Below, one piece after another: positions 39,896 through 52,915 of a DNA stretch of 64,000 bases (its first letter is position 1; the number at the start of each line of letters is the position of its first letter). A program made the position numbers and the translations under genes. Source of the stretch: Octopus sinensis (taxonomy: Eukaryota); contig NC_042998.1 of assembly GCF_006345805.1 (NCBI RefSeq), forward strand, positions 122,946,001 through 123,010,000, written 5' to 3'. Below the pieces are notes generated by a model that was not told the origin of the DNA, searched no databases, and was given only the letters and a program-made list of their open reading frames with translations.

Positions 39896-40951
39896 CATAT
39901 ACATATGTGTGTGTATGCGTGTATGTGCGTTTACGTGTGTGTACATATACACACTCACATAAATATGTATTGTATGCTAGCAACGGCGGGACGAGGCGAT
40001 ATCTAGTTATTTGTATCTCATTAGTGCATTAGACAAAGAAACTTATTGGTCATCTATAATCAAATAGGCATAAGGCCACATATATGCAATTTCAATTTAC
40101 AATATAGGATACAGGAAGGATCGAGTATTAAAAAAAATATTTGACAAAGAATCACCGATGTTATATAAACCCCAGCGATTCTTTGTCAAATATATTTTTA
40201 TTAACTGTACTATACGGTAATATAGAAGAATTTAATCATTTTTTGTTAAAGATTCAGTGAAATTTGAGACTACTTACCAAGTGTGTGTTTACTAAATTTA
40301 TGGATCTTCTATTTATGCATACGCTTATAACTAAGTTACGAGAAAGTTTATTTAATAGTGTCGTTTTTCTGGCTTTATAAAATCCGTTAGACTTACTTCA
40401 ATGTTGTTGATAAAGTATCTTATATGCTTAGAGCCAAAACGTAATAGTAATTCTTTAGAATAGTCTGCTACTTTGTAACATGAAGTTACCTTGTTCGAAA
40501 CGCTAGATAGCATGAGATTAACATTTAAGGATTTGAATTCTTATAGATATACTGTAAACTTTATTTCGGTTTCCTTTGTTGCTGGTATTTTCCAATATGT
40601 AAAGTAATGTTATGTCAACAAATTTCACCATTTTGAAGTTTCTTTGTCCAAAACGTTTTTAGCTAAAATATTTGAAGAGCGTAACAATTTAAAGTAATGT
40701 GAAAAGGCACATGAATTCATATGCTGAGTTATGTAGCATGAAAGGAAAAAAATCTCCATCGTTATTCAATAATAGCCGTCAAAAGATGATATATATTTTC
40801 TAGAGCGCAATACTACTTTGATTACGGATTAACGAATTATGATGCAGCCTGATACATTCACTAACTTCCTGCTTGGAGCAGCGAGTTGGAAGATGAGGTG
40901 AAAATAATCTCTGGTATCAGTCTGAGTGAATTTATGCATTATATATATATA

Positions 40952-41398
40952 CCGTAAATCCTCGAGTATAATTTGCATTTTTCCCCAAAATTTAAAGGTC
41001 ATAATCCCTACTGCGTACTATATACGAGGTTAAGAATGAAAAATATTATCTAAGCAATGTCTAAGTCTCTGTTTGCTGTCCGGCAATGTTTATTCAGACG
41101 CATTTTGTGATGTCGGGCGTGAACATACCTTATTAAACGTTATTACTGTTATTTCTTTATTTCTGCAAACAAAATGCATAAAAAGCTACACGTTTGCATT
41201 ATGTTATATATACAATAATACTAAGGGACCTTACCGTGTACATTCTTACAAATCAAGGACGTTATTTAGACCTCCTTGACTCAAGTTAGAGAAGGGGCGC
41301 GTATCATACACAAGGTTTAAGTTTTTCAGAGGTACAGCCCTCTCACCAAATCTCCTGCGTATTATACTCAAGGGCGGACTATACTCGAGGATTTACGG
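40952..41398. mobile_element. Tc1/pogo-type MITE (447 bp)
   Basis: Perfect 19-bp TIR CCGTAAATCCTCGAGTATA / TATACTCGAGGATTTACGG, subterminal TATACTC/ACGAGG repeats, and (TA)n on both sides. Confidence 0.9.
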
Positions 41399-42567
41399 TA
41401 TATATATATATATATATTTATTTAGGGCGCTAAATAAATGTGCAATTATCATTAGTTGATTGTTATCTTCATATAATATTGTGAGGTTATGAAATAGAGG
41501 CGTGGATGATTAGATTTGAAATACTTATATTTGAATTTAAGCAAACATTTATTATTAGTTTTCATAAGTTGAGAAACATTTTCTTAAAAGCAATCTGCCT
41601 TTGAAATTAAATTATATACCATTTGTGATTCTTCGTATAACTTTGTGACTCTAAATTTACATTTAAATAAAACTTTCCTACTACATTTCAAAATCAAGAT
41701 ATTTTTTCATATAACATCTCTTATTGATCTTAAATAACAAAGCTATTGTCGATCTAATGTTTCAATAATCCTCAGTTTTTAGTTCTGTTCGACTATTCGA
41801 AAATATCTGAGTGTTTGAATGTTTTAAATTATACTTTGAATAATATTGAATATTGTAACATGTTTTGAACTGTGTGCTTCTAAAGACTTTAAATAGGCAT
41901 GTTTCGAATAATTCAACTGGTAAAATAATCTTATTTCTTTGAGGAGTTTCACTGTTATCTCACTGTTTTCTCTTTGGACAATTCTACAAAGTAAACGTTC
42001 CAAAGATTTCATGTAACGAAATACATAGTTTCTCTTAGAAATTTTAGGTAATATTTTTTGTGCGAGTACTATGACTTTTCGGTTGATATTTTCGATAAGT
42101 GGATGTTCCAGGCATGTATGGTTGCGTGGCATTGCCTGGAAATAGTTGAACAATTGAGCTAATATAACATGTAATGATAATTATTCCCACTCTTCCTTCT
42201 CACCGTCTCCAGTCTCCATTAATATCTTGTACATGTTCCACTAATATCCAAAACCCAGCCCAGCCCAGAAGTCCAGCCCATCCCTAATATCATGCCAACT
42301 TGTCCAAACGAAACAATTTCAAATCAATCAAATCCCATATTTTTGCGAATGAGACCATTCGGGAACACAATTCTTTCCAAATATTTTGTTATATAAGGAA
42401 GTCAAATCGCCACAGCCTAACGTGCCGCAGTCCAAGAAACTGAAGTTTCGGTTTCGATTTTATACATGCATACATACATACATACATACATACATACATA
42501 CATACATACATACATACATACATACATACATACATACTTACATACATGTGTGTGTGTAAATATATAT

Positions 42568-42730
42568 CAGGCGTAGCTGTGTGGTAAGAAACTTGCTTCC
42601 CAACTACATGTTTTCGCGTTCAGTCCCACAGTGTGGCATCTTGGGCAAGTGTCTACTACTATAGCCTCGGACAGACCAAGCAATTATGAGTGGATTTAGT
42701 AGACGGAAACTGAAAAGAAACCTGTCAGAC
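42568..42730 (+). mobile_element. tRNA-type SINE family 1, head
   Basis: CAGGCGTAGCTGTGTGGTAAG..GTTCAGTCCC..CTTGGGCAAGTGTC..GACGGAAACTGAAA. Confidence 0.85.
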
Positions 42731-42735
42731 ACACA

Positions 42736-42779
<44 letters not shown>

Positions 42780-43047
42780 CAAACATATTCTGTGTTTTGC
42801 TAGAAAGAAGCAGAAACCGCGGTACGAGTTGTTAAAGTTATCGGTAAACGTTTTTGATTTTCACTCTCGATAAATTCATCCCCTTTTTGTGTTCCCAGCA
42901 CTCGGCATCTTTATTTAGGAGCCCTTAATTGTATAACTACATGAATAATATTTTTCTATATGAATAATATTTTTGTCTTATGACTAATTCGTCTTTGTGC
43001 TGGGCACCTGGTAGTAAATAATATTACTACCCTTCTTGTTTATATTC

Positions 43048-43091
<44 letters not shown>

Positions 43092-43102
43092 TTTTTCTTT
43101 TA

Positions 43103-43475
43103 TTCTTTTACTTGTTTCAGTCATTTGACTGCGGCCATGCTGGAGCACCGCCTTTAGTCGAGCAAATCGACCCCGGGACTTATTCTTTGGAAGCCCAGTA
43201 CTTATTCTATCGGTCTCTTTTGCCGAACCGCTAAGTGACGGGGACGTAAACACACCAGCATCGGTTGTCAAGCAATGCTAGCGGGCAAACACAGACACAC
43301 AAACACACACATACATATATATATATACATATATACGACAGGCTTCTTTCAGTTTCCGTCTACCAAATCCACTCACAAGGCCCGGGGCTATAGCAGAAGA
43401 CACTTACCCAAGATGTCACGCAGTGGGATGAACCCGGAACCATGTGGTTGGTTAGCAAGCTACTTACCACACAGC
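43103..43475 (-). mobile_element. tRNA-type SINE family 1, near full length
   Basis: Head at ~43475, internal (TA/TG) microsatellite, and tail ending GACTGAAACAAGTAAAAGA at ~43103. Confidence 0.9.
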
Positions 43476-43476
43476 C

Positions 43477-43512
<36 letters not shown>

Positions 43513-43539
43513 CGTGTGTGTGTGTGTGTGTGTGTTTAT

Positions 43540-43692
43540 GTTCCAGTAACTGGGCGGCTCGGCAAAAGAGACCGCTAGAATAAATACTAAGCTTAAAGAA
43601 TAAATCATGTGGCGGTCAATTTGTTTCGACTAAAATCCTTCAAGGCTGTGCACTAGCATGGGTTCAAACAAATGACTGAAACATGTAAAAGA
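43540..43692 (+). mobile_element. tRNA-type SINE family 1, tail
   Basis: GGCAAAAGAGACCGCTAGAATAAATAC...ATGACTGAAACATGTAAAAG. Confidence 0.75.
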
Positions 43693-44726
43693 AGAATGGA
43701 TAAGTCTTTGACGTTTCGAGCCTACACTCTTTGTCATATACATAGATGTTCATTTTCTGAATGTTTCCGGTTTTTGTTTCTCTCTATTTGCATGTATATG
43801 TGATGTATGAATCGCAAGCTTGTTTGTTAATTTATGTGCATCAATATCACCATATCTGCTCAGCTGGATTCCTCCTATAACCGCTCCTTACCTAACGGAC
43901 TTGGACTTCAGTAAAAATTTCGGAGTATATTTATGTAAACGTATGTTCGTGTGTGTGTGAGAGAGAGAGAGTGTGTGTGTAGGATGTGTAGAATACTGTA
44001 GATGGCATTACATATGTTCCGTCGTCTACAATCGTTCCAAAGCGTGTGACAAATCAAATACGCATGAAGAAGTGGATGAGAACGTGCATACAATTAACGC
44101 TAAGTAATATCTAATATATGCACGTGCGTATCCTTTAAAACGAATTTGGATCTGTATAGATACAAGCATTTTCGAGGAAAGTCGACAAAAAATATGACTC
44201 TTCGAATCATATCTGTCAATATAAGTCTAACGAAAATCCCTCATTAATTTAGTTTCTTTTTGCAATATAGTGTGATATTATACTTTGAACTGGAGACTTT
44301 TCACAAGTAGAAATCTGTGGGAATTTAAGAGAAGGTAACCGCCAATTATACTGTGTTTTATATCAGCAGAGGTTACAAACCGTGCTTCTAATATAAGAAG
44401 CACTTTTTTGATTGACTGCGAGTTATCTTTATTTCTATTTGTTTTAAGAACCAATCACGAGATGCGAACTGCTGATACTTCATCTCAATCCCTTATCGAG
44501 ACGAGCTAATAAGATGAACATTCTTTTGTTCATTTATTATGAATACGAAATGCGTATGTTTTATCTGAAGTCTTACTTTCTTTATTAAAATTTTATCTCC
44601 ATACTTATTGGTCTAGTGTAAAAAAGTAATCCTGCTGTGCAATTGAAACTTGTTCTCTCTTTTCTCTGCTTTTCTAATGCATTGAACATATTTGATGTCT
44701 CCTTGTCTCCGTTTGATGTATATATA

Positions 44727-44790
<64 letters not shown>

Positions 44791-45768
44791 TTACATATAC
44801 ACGTATGTGTGTGTGTGCGTGTGTGTGTTTGAATTTATATTTATTTTCTCTGCCTATGCATGAGCATATGTGTGTGCGTGTGCGAGCGTGTGTGTATATC
44901 AAGCAGCTATGTTAGGTGTTTACAATAACAGAAATAAAAGATAGGGCATAGAGCCATTTCTTTTATACCGCGTTCTCTTTGTAATGCTTTATATAAATGG
45001 CTTATTCTGACGTCTGATTCTAGAAATGCTGTTTAGTACCTTACAATGTTCCAGTATATATTTGCACGGGGAATTCACGAGGATGTTGAGCCTTTCCTTC
45101 TTCGTCAACTTTTACCTATTTATTTACACTTTCTTTTGTTTAATATATCCTTGAAGATCAATTTCCCGACTTAAAGCATGTATAGTAAATTTGATTTTTG
45201 TAACAATTGAAGATATTTGTAGTGGCAATAGCTTTCCAGAAATGTTCTATAAAGAATATACACCAAAAGCGACAATCCGAAATATACAGATGCGCTCTTC
45301 AGTATGTTGTATGTATCTCAAGCTACAGTATGTATCCACGTATATAATAAGTGCATACCAAACAATTGATCGATTCAGAGGCCTATATTACTCATTGAAT
45401 TATCCTGGTCGCGCATTAAATATGAAAATAAATATGTCTGCATTTTCGAATGTAATAGGCAAAGGCACTTTCGTATATTGATAGGATACATAGTATTTAA
45501 TAAATTATATTTGTAAGGGTCAGCCTTTCAAATTTGGTTGTTTAGGTAGTGATTCTGTTCTTGTAGACGCGAAATAAAGGAAGTTAGTGATTGATTGATA
45601 TGAAAACAAACGAAGAAACACAAAATATAATGATCTGTCTATGGATATATGATATATTTGTCACATTGGCCATTTACATTACTGTATGCATTTTTGATGT
45701 AGCTGTCGAGTTTTGTATTTCACTGAACCTTTGAATGTGGAAACATTCTCGTTTCAAGTTTATTCATT

Positions 45769-45800
45769 ACTAGCAGAGATATCCGGCATTGCTCGGGTTA
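45769..45800 (-). mobile_element. Isolated Helitron-like 3' terminus
   Basis: Minus strand CCCGAGCAATGCCGG (imperfect hairpin)...CTAG|T. Confidence 0.45.
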
Positions 45801-45819
45801 AAATGGCATAATTTTTTTA

Positions 45820-45995
45820 TTGTTTTACTTGTTTCAGTCATGTGACTGCGGCCATGCTGGAAAATATCAACTACAGGATATATTCTTTGTAAGCCTGGTA
45901 CTTATTCTAACAGTTTATTTTGCCGAACTGCAAATCTATGGGAATGTAAACACCGCAACATCAGTTGCCAATCAATGGTGGGGGTATAAACACAC
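45820..45995 (-). mobile_element. tRNA-type SINE family 1, tail
   Basis: TTTTACTTGTTTCAGTCATGTGACTGCGGCCATGCTGG matches 43106-43145. Confidence 0.8.
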
Positions 45996-46022
45996 AAACA
46001 CAAATATACATATATATATATA

Positions 46023-46890
46023 CTAGCTAAAGGTGACCCGCTCTACGCGCGGGTAAGAGTGTGGTTCTTACTTTATGTTTTTTATCACCACATTCTCCCT
46101 CTTTGTTTCTCTCTCCTTTCTCTCCCACTTTCCCATTCTCTTACTCTTCCTTTCTCTCGGACTCTCCCTCGCTTTCTCTTACTCTCTATCTATCTCTCTC
46201 CCATTTATAAACAACAAAAGATCTTGAGTAAGTTGAGAAAGAAATTTTGAAGATCAATCATAAATATCAGACAGTGACAACGGAAAGGTCTGCTTCAAGG
46301 CAGACAGCAAAACAGTAACATTCAAAAGGGACAGACGAACTTGCGAGCTGAAAAGAAATAAAAAAATATTGGAAACCAAGGTTTGAAGGGATAGAATCTG
46401 AGGATAGTAGAGTCACCATGGCTGGCATTTCTTAACGACGGACAGCAACGTAGTGGCTGTTTAACGGCTGGCGTAAAATTTTGAACTTGATGTAAAAGAA
46501 AATTCCTAAACACCAAGCTTTGAAGTGATTCTTTCTCACGACAGTAGACTCACCATGGCAAGCATTCAAAACTTCTTCATCATGGACGGCAACACATTGA
46601 CGATTTAAAGGCCGGCGCAAATTTTTTAGCTTCATGTAACAGAGAATACCTAAACACCCGCTCCTGTAAATTTTAATCCCCTTCAAGCCTCATTTAGACC
46701 TCTTTTCACATTTTGGTTAATATAACCCGATTTCATTCGGGTCTACTCGGGCCACATATTATAAGATGAGTAATTTTGTCGTAGAGGTCACGCCTTTCAT
46801 TTGAGGAAAAAAATAGTTGCCATGCAAACTCGCCAGGACTTTTAACACCAGTGTGCATATTTTCAGCACAACCGAACACATAATGCACAC
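46023..46890 (-). mobile_element. Non-autonomous Helitron-like element (5' boundary uncertain)
   Basis: Minus-strand 3' end is the hairpin ACCCGC-GCGTAGA-GCGGGT, then CTAG|T at 46026-46022. Two diverged ~137-bp internal repeats start at 46406 and 46543. Confidence 0.55.
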
Positions 46891-46917
46891 ATTGTATATA
46901 TATATAATTATACGCAT

Positions 46918-46952
<35 letters not shown>

Positions 46953-46981
46953 ACGCATTATATATACAAATGTATACAAAT

Positions 46982-47012
<31 letters not shown>

Positions 47013-47852
47013 ATATATATATATATATATATATAAATTAAATTAGAGATAAAACCACTATTAGGCAAATCAAACAGTGAAAAACATAAACCAAAACATA
47101 AAAATAAAAATATAATATACAAAATATATAAAATATAAAATTTAAAAATTTAAATTATTTAAATTTAAAATTAAAATTATTAATTTATATTTATATTTTA
47201 AAAAAATATATATAACTATCAAAAAGTATAAAAAAGTTTAATATACATAAATACAGATATATACACTTTGTATATATACATTATATATACATATTTATAT
47301 ATAGAACACACACACACACACACACATATAAATTAACCCAATAAATATCTGATTCATAATATTTGTTCTCATGATTGTGTGGTCGTTGTGGCGATGATAA
47401 TTCTCTCTATGAATGCAGACAGACGTAGAGAGAGAGAGAGTGTGAAAGCGCTGTCGAAGGCGGGGATGGCGAGATATAGAACGCCGTGAAACGACGTTAT
47501 AAAGAGAAGGTGAAGGGGAAGCAGACGCTGTGAAACGACGTTATAAATAGAAAGTGATGGGAAGTGAGGAAAGAGAGTGAGTGATGGAGGAAGACAGATA
47601 CATAAAAGAATGAGAGTAGACTTGTCAAAGTACGTTTTTGGCCCTAGCAACGACACCTTTTAAGATGGGTGTCTAACCTAGCCCACTTGCATCGTCGCCT
47701 CATTTTACATGTCCCTGTACATTTTGGAGTCAATCCGACGGGATCTAGTGGCCTTTAACCCGTTCTCAATGCCAAAACCAGACAAACAAACAAACAAACA
47801 AACAAAGTTTTCGCATTTCAGGATTATAATATATATATATCTATGTCAAAAA

Positions 47853-47890
47853 CTGTCCGATGAACGGCAACGGGAAACTCAGAGTAACAG
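47853..47890 (+). ncRNA. Minimal hammerhead-like motif with variant core
   Basis: CTGT-CCGATGA-A-CG-GCAA-CG-G-GAAA-CTC-A-GAG-TA-ACAG gives stem I CTGT/ACAG, stem II with a GCAA loop, and stem III CTC/GAG. The core has C in place of U4. Confidence 0.5.
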
Positions 47891-47922
47891 GTTTTGATGA
47901 ATTTTCTGCTGCTTTAAATAAA

Positions 47923-47991
<69 letters not shown>

Positions 47992-47995
<4 letters not shown>

Positions 47996-48298
47996 CGTGA
48001 TCACCGCGATCGACCAGGCTATCAGATATTGCTACACGTCGCTAGTCACAATGCGCTTCTCATTGTTTTAGCCTTCAAATAACGCCATCCCGCTGGCTAA
48101 GCGAGCAGGCCAACAGAAGAAAGAGTGAGAGAAAGTTGTAGCGAAAGAGTACAGCAGTGATCGCAACCATCTCCCGCCGGAGCCACGTGGAGCTTTAGGT
48201 GTTTTCGCTCAATAAACACTCACAACGCCTGGTCTGGGAATCAAAACCTCGATCCTACGACTGCGAGTCCGCTGCCCTAACCACTGGGCCATTGCGCC
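47992..48298 (-). mobile_element. tRNA-type SINE, family 3
   Basis: Head GGCGCAATGGCCCAGTGGTTAGGGCAGCGGACTCGCAGTCGTAGGATCGAGGTTTTGATTCCCAG has A and B boxes. It lies between (TA)n and (CT)/(TA)n tracts. Confidence 0.85.
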
Positions 48299-48313
48299 TC
48301 TCTCTCTCTCTCT

Positions 48314-48389
<76 letters not shown>

Positions 48390-48710
48390 CAGACTCCTTT
48401 CAGTTTCCGAGTACCAATCTACTCACAAAACTGAGGCTATAATATATATATATGTGCGTGTGTGTTTATATATATATATATATATATATATATGTTTGGT
48501 AAAATAGAAAGATGAATAATCTTGTTGCAGATTAATCAAAAGTTTAACCGATACCTTGGTAGCAAAAATCACGACAGAAGAAAGCACGGTTGGAGATAAA
48601 ACCTTTTGGTGTTGCAACCGTGCGTTGGTGCGGATAATTGAATTTTAGTATTATTAGTGAATTGAAGAAATGGAGTTGAACGAAGATTGAACAGAATTCC
48701 TTTTATTGCA

Positions 48711-48787
48711 TTCTACACATGTTTCAAAAGCCACAATGTTCCAAATTCTGATTAAATAAGGGTCCCATATTGTGGCTTTCTCTTCAG
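48711..48787 (-). ncRNA. Hammerhead motif in the inverted PLE end
   Basis: CTGAAGA, 12-bp stem II (GAAAGCCACAAT/ATTGTGGCTTTT), GAAA-C-ATGT-GTA. The 5' strand of stem I is lost at the junction with RT sequence. Confidence 0.65.
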
Positions 48788-50812
48788 TGTCTTCTCCAAT
48801 CATGCCAAAACCGTAACAGATAATTTGGTTAAAAACATCTCTCTAAGATTGTCTAACTTGTCCGCTAGTGCCGACATTTTTATGCAGAAAGCGGAATTTT
48901 ATAACGCCGCACTATCCAAAGCCGGCTATAGGCAGAAGGTAGTATATATTGATCCAGCCCTTCCGATGCCACCATTCAGTCATCAGGATAGGGCCGTCTA
49001 TAATAACATAAATAATTTAAGTAGTGACGGGAGCGCGAGGAGTGTTAGAGCAGGTACTTCCAGATTTAATTTAGGGAACAAAGATAATTATCGGGCGGGG
49101 GAGTTCACACTAAACCAAAACCCGTATTCATCCTATAATCACCCACCATAATGTTAGAGCTGGCTTCCCGACCATCACATAAATAGGAATAAGTATATAT
49201 GGTTTGTTATTCCCTTTGGTAAGCAGATTAGAACTAACCTTCCCCTCCTGTTTCGACAAGCCATCGCCAGTAACTTCCCCACGGTTAATTCGCATAAAGT
49301 TAGGATAGCTTTCACCAACACAAAAAACCTTTCCCAGATAATCGCCTCCCATAATAATAGGCTGCTTATTAAGACCCTACCACCTTTGTCCGGAGGCGCA
49401 GCTCCGTCCGCTCCCAGTTTAACGATCAGTAGGAATAATAATACTAGTAATAACGATAAGAGAGCCAGTACAGTGACTGATAATCTCAGTACCAACCAGG
49501 GATTAAATACTAGAAGTAGCGATAGAAGAAATGGTGATGTCATTAACGTTAGTAATGGCAACAGTGAGGTGAGCGCAGCTCGGGTCATTAATGTAGAGAG
49601 TCCTACATCGTTTCCGGCAATAGCAGGCCCACCGATACTAGCAATTACAGCGCTCTCAGTGATAGTGAAGGCTCAGGGGTTAGTCCGTTAATTAATAGTG
49701 ACTTGGAGGAATATAAAGTAGTAAGCGGCCGCAGTTCTCGCAATCAATATAGTAACAGTAACGCAGTTCTAATTTCAGAAGTTAATCCCAATAGAATAAG
49801 GTTCTTGTCGTGTAACTCCAAGATCAGAAATGCCATTTACTAATGTAAGGTTTACACGGACTCAGATGTCTACTCGTATGTCGGGGGCCTCATCGTCAAA
49901 ATTGGCCTTGCGAATTTCCAACCATTTCGCAACTATTCGCGACGTGAATAAATACCAAGCCACGGGACTTAGCAAGCTTATATGGGGTTTGAAGAACGCG
50001 AACTCAGGTTTCAGGCTGGAATGGTCGATTTTGTCGGTGGCCCTCCCATTCGATAGGGGCAGAAGGAAGTGCAATCTTTGTGTCTCTGAGCTTTTCCACA
50101 TATTGTTCGCCAGAGACCGGTTGGTAAACGGACTTTTACAGTCGGCTTTCGATGTCCCCATTGGCGGCGTTATACTTATCTTGCTTATAAATGATACCTT
50201 AGACAATTAGCAACCTGTTACACCACTAAAATGAAAATAATCCTTGGAAATAATTTTTTGAAAAAGCTTTTTAAGAAATATATGAATAACCCTAGCAAGG
50301 GGAAATTACTCCCATTAGGCGAATGATGGTTTGTTTTGGAAGCAAAAGCTGGAATTTTATATACCCTTAGGATTCTTTGACGACGTTAATTTTTTGACAA
50401 GCAGGCCTAGACGAACACACGTACACAAAAAATATTTTCTGCCGCCTGACGAATTTTTCAGCAGTGACCATTAAGTAGCGCCTTTTACCAACATACGGCG
50501 GCGCACACATAGGCCAGTACACACATACATGCTTCTAGGTATTTTTTTCGCTCGCCCCCAAAAAACACACCCAGTATTCTTTAAAATATTCAGAATTTTA
50601 GTTTTGGTCACACAGAACATCTCCACACCCCTTGCTCTCACCTACTGGATTTGACCGCCGCCTGACCTGTAAATATCTTCAACGCACCCACCACCCGATT
50701 TCAACGTACATTGATAATCAGTTCAGCCATAGGCTCTTAAAGAGCCGCCTCGTTCAAATTGCTTTGCTGCGCCTCTGTTCTGTTTTGTTCTGCCAACGGA
50801 ATTCCTATTTTT

Positions 50813-50891
50813 TTCCTGAAGAGAAAGCCACAATATGGGATCCTTATTTAATCAGAATTTGGAAAATTGTGGCTTTTGAACATGTGTAGAA
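50813..50891 (+). ncRNA. Hammerhead motif in the PLE 3' region
   Basis: TTC-CTGAAGA(50816-50822)-12-bp stem II-GAA(50878-50880, one A short)-CATGT-GTA-GAA. Stem I is TTC/GAA. Confidence 0.6.
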
Positions 50892-50951
50892 TGCAATAAA
50901 AGGAATTCTGTTCAATCTTCGTTCAACTCCATTTCTTCAATTCACTAATAA

Positions 50952-51016
<65 letters not shown>

Positions 51017-51043
51017 TTTCTTCAAATACACTAATAATACTAC

Positions 51044-51081
<38 letters not shown>

Positions 51082-51395
51082 TGTGTGTGTGTATGTATAT
51101 ATGTATAAAGAGTTATTTCCCTTGCAATGGTGAGTCACGTTCCTTGCATTAAAGACGGTTTTGAACGGTTTTAAACAATATTTTGCATTTATACATATGC
51201 ACATAAATTCGTAAATGCATGCACTCTCACGAGAAGACACACACGCACACACACACACGTACACAAATACACATTAAATTATAGAGCACTGCAAGGCATA
51301 AACTGGTTCAAGGCAATATATTTGTAGAAAATATTCTCCAGAGAGTATTTAATCAGCTACTAGGCGAAAGATACATTAATATCGACTTCGGTGTG

Positions 51396-51597
51396 AAGGC
51401 AGAGAACTGGCAGAATCGTTGGTACACCGGGTAAAATGCTTAGCAGCATTTCGTCCGTCATCAAGTTCTGAGTTTAAATTCTGCCAAGGTTGGCTTTGCC
51501 TTTCATCCATTCGAGGTCGATGAAACAAGTACCAGTCGAACACTGAGGTCGTTGTAATCGACTCATCCCACCCCGTCGAACCTGCTGGCTTTGAAAC
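51396..51597 (+). mobile_element. tRNA-type SINE, family 2
   Basis: Matches 19316-19460. Confidence 0.85.
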
Positions 51598-52794
51598 CAA
51601 TATCGATTTCGGCCTGAGTTGAACTCATGAGTTCCAATCAAGAATTCAACGTGAGTAGGAGGAGGAAATTAAATGATATCAGACTTTTAGAGCTACTCCC
51701 AAATTCAAAATGTAAAACATTTAATAACATAGTCAGCACTCAGTTCAATATAGCTCTATAAACTACAGAGTTTCAGTCATAATGAAATGTATATGAAATA
51801 TAAAGTACACAACACTGGAGAAATTTTACTTTACTAACAAAAACTAATTTATTTGCAACCTCGTAACATCTCCTCTTTTACTTGTAGTTCAATTAAATCA
51901 GCTTCAGTATTTCATATGTATGCATATATACGTGCATACATGCATTCATATCTGTATACATAGGTACATCTGTATGTATTTCAGTGTGCGTGTTGTTGAA
52001 GTATACACACACATAAACACACACATATATATGTACATTAATGCATACACATGCACACTCTCTGCCCCTCTCTCCCACACATATTCACACTTATATATCT
52101 ATGTATGTATGTACTAGGTTAAAACGCCTCAAGACATTATGCAGTGGTTGAGACGTACTATTAAAATATACTCGGTATTGCTTAATATTTTGGGGATCAA
52201 ATGAAAAAAATAAAAATTATTCTTTCATCGTAATATGGCAAGCAACTTTATTGCCAACTTTACGTTGATATTTCTTACACTCACACTTTAATATGTTATT
52301 GGCAGTAAATTAATGCATTCTTTGAAGCTGTTCCAAAGCTTTGGGAATATATTTTGGTTGCATTTCAAAACATCTAAAGATTGATTCTGAAGCTTCAAGG
52401 TATCGAGTAAACGTGTTTATAAAGAATATTATCAAAATATAGTAGAAGATTTTTAAATAAAAAAACTTACCGCCGCTAAATAGAAAAAAGAAAACAGTAA
52501 ATTACAAGTATCACGATCCAATAAATATTGTTATACAACAAACCAACTGAAAAACACAAGTGACGATGTACAACTGGAGGTTTCGTCACCAAAATGGGTG
52601 ATTTATCCTAATGACTAGTAATGGATATCATAATGCTAATTTTTCCTTCCATCTTTCCTCGTCCTTCTCATTGAAGGATAGCATGTATTTAGTTTAACTT
52701 AAAATTTTACTGATCATCATTTTTAGTAAATCAACAATCTTCGTTTTTGAATGACAGGTGCAATCGTGAGATGTATCACGCACTGGGACGGCTG

Positions 52795-52915
52795 TTGTTA
52801 AATTCATCCTTTCGAGGTCGATAAATTAAGTGCCATTTGCGTACTGGGGTTGATCTAATCGACTGGCCCCCTCCCCCAAAATTTTGGGCCTTGTGCCTGG
52901 AGTAGAAAAGAATAT
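52795..52915 (+). mobile_element. SINE family 2, 3' half
   Basis: TTCATCCTTTCGAGGTCGATAAATTAAG...GGCCTTGTGCC..GTAGAAAAG. Confidence 0.8.

Larger units (their letters stand above)
48497..50956 (+). mobile_element. Penelope-like element, 5'-truncated, with inverted copy of its 3' end at the 5' side
   Basis: RT end SNHAKT..NISLRLSNLS..FYNAALSKAGY (48795-48950), then WF..PF..IIASHN and GIY-YIG (VY..SYVG..RISNH..LSKLIWGLK..LEWSIL..CNLC; ORF 49830-50210). 48646-48787 is the reverse complement of 50816-50956. (TA)n lies on both sides. Confidence 0.85.

Noticed and set aside
41824-42153. 109-aa non-repetitive minus-strand ORF
   Set aside because: No recognisable motif or convincing splice boundaries. 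Its length is compatible with chance.
48230-48298. tRNA-like cloverleaf heads (also at 31950, 19316 and 43475)
   Set aside because: They are joined to repeated SINE bodies, lack a proper acceptor stem and have degenerate boxes, so they were called SINEs rather than tRNA genes.
34360-51640. Further GAAA-palindrome motifs near 34370, 43710 and 51605 (all minus strand)
   Set aside because: The hammerhead core and/or stems are too degenerate to call.
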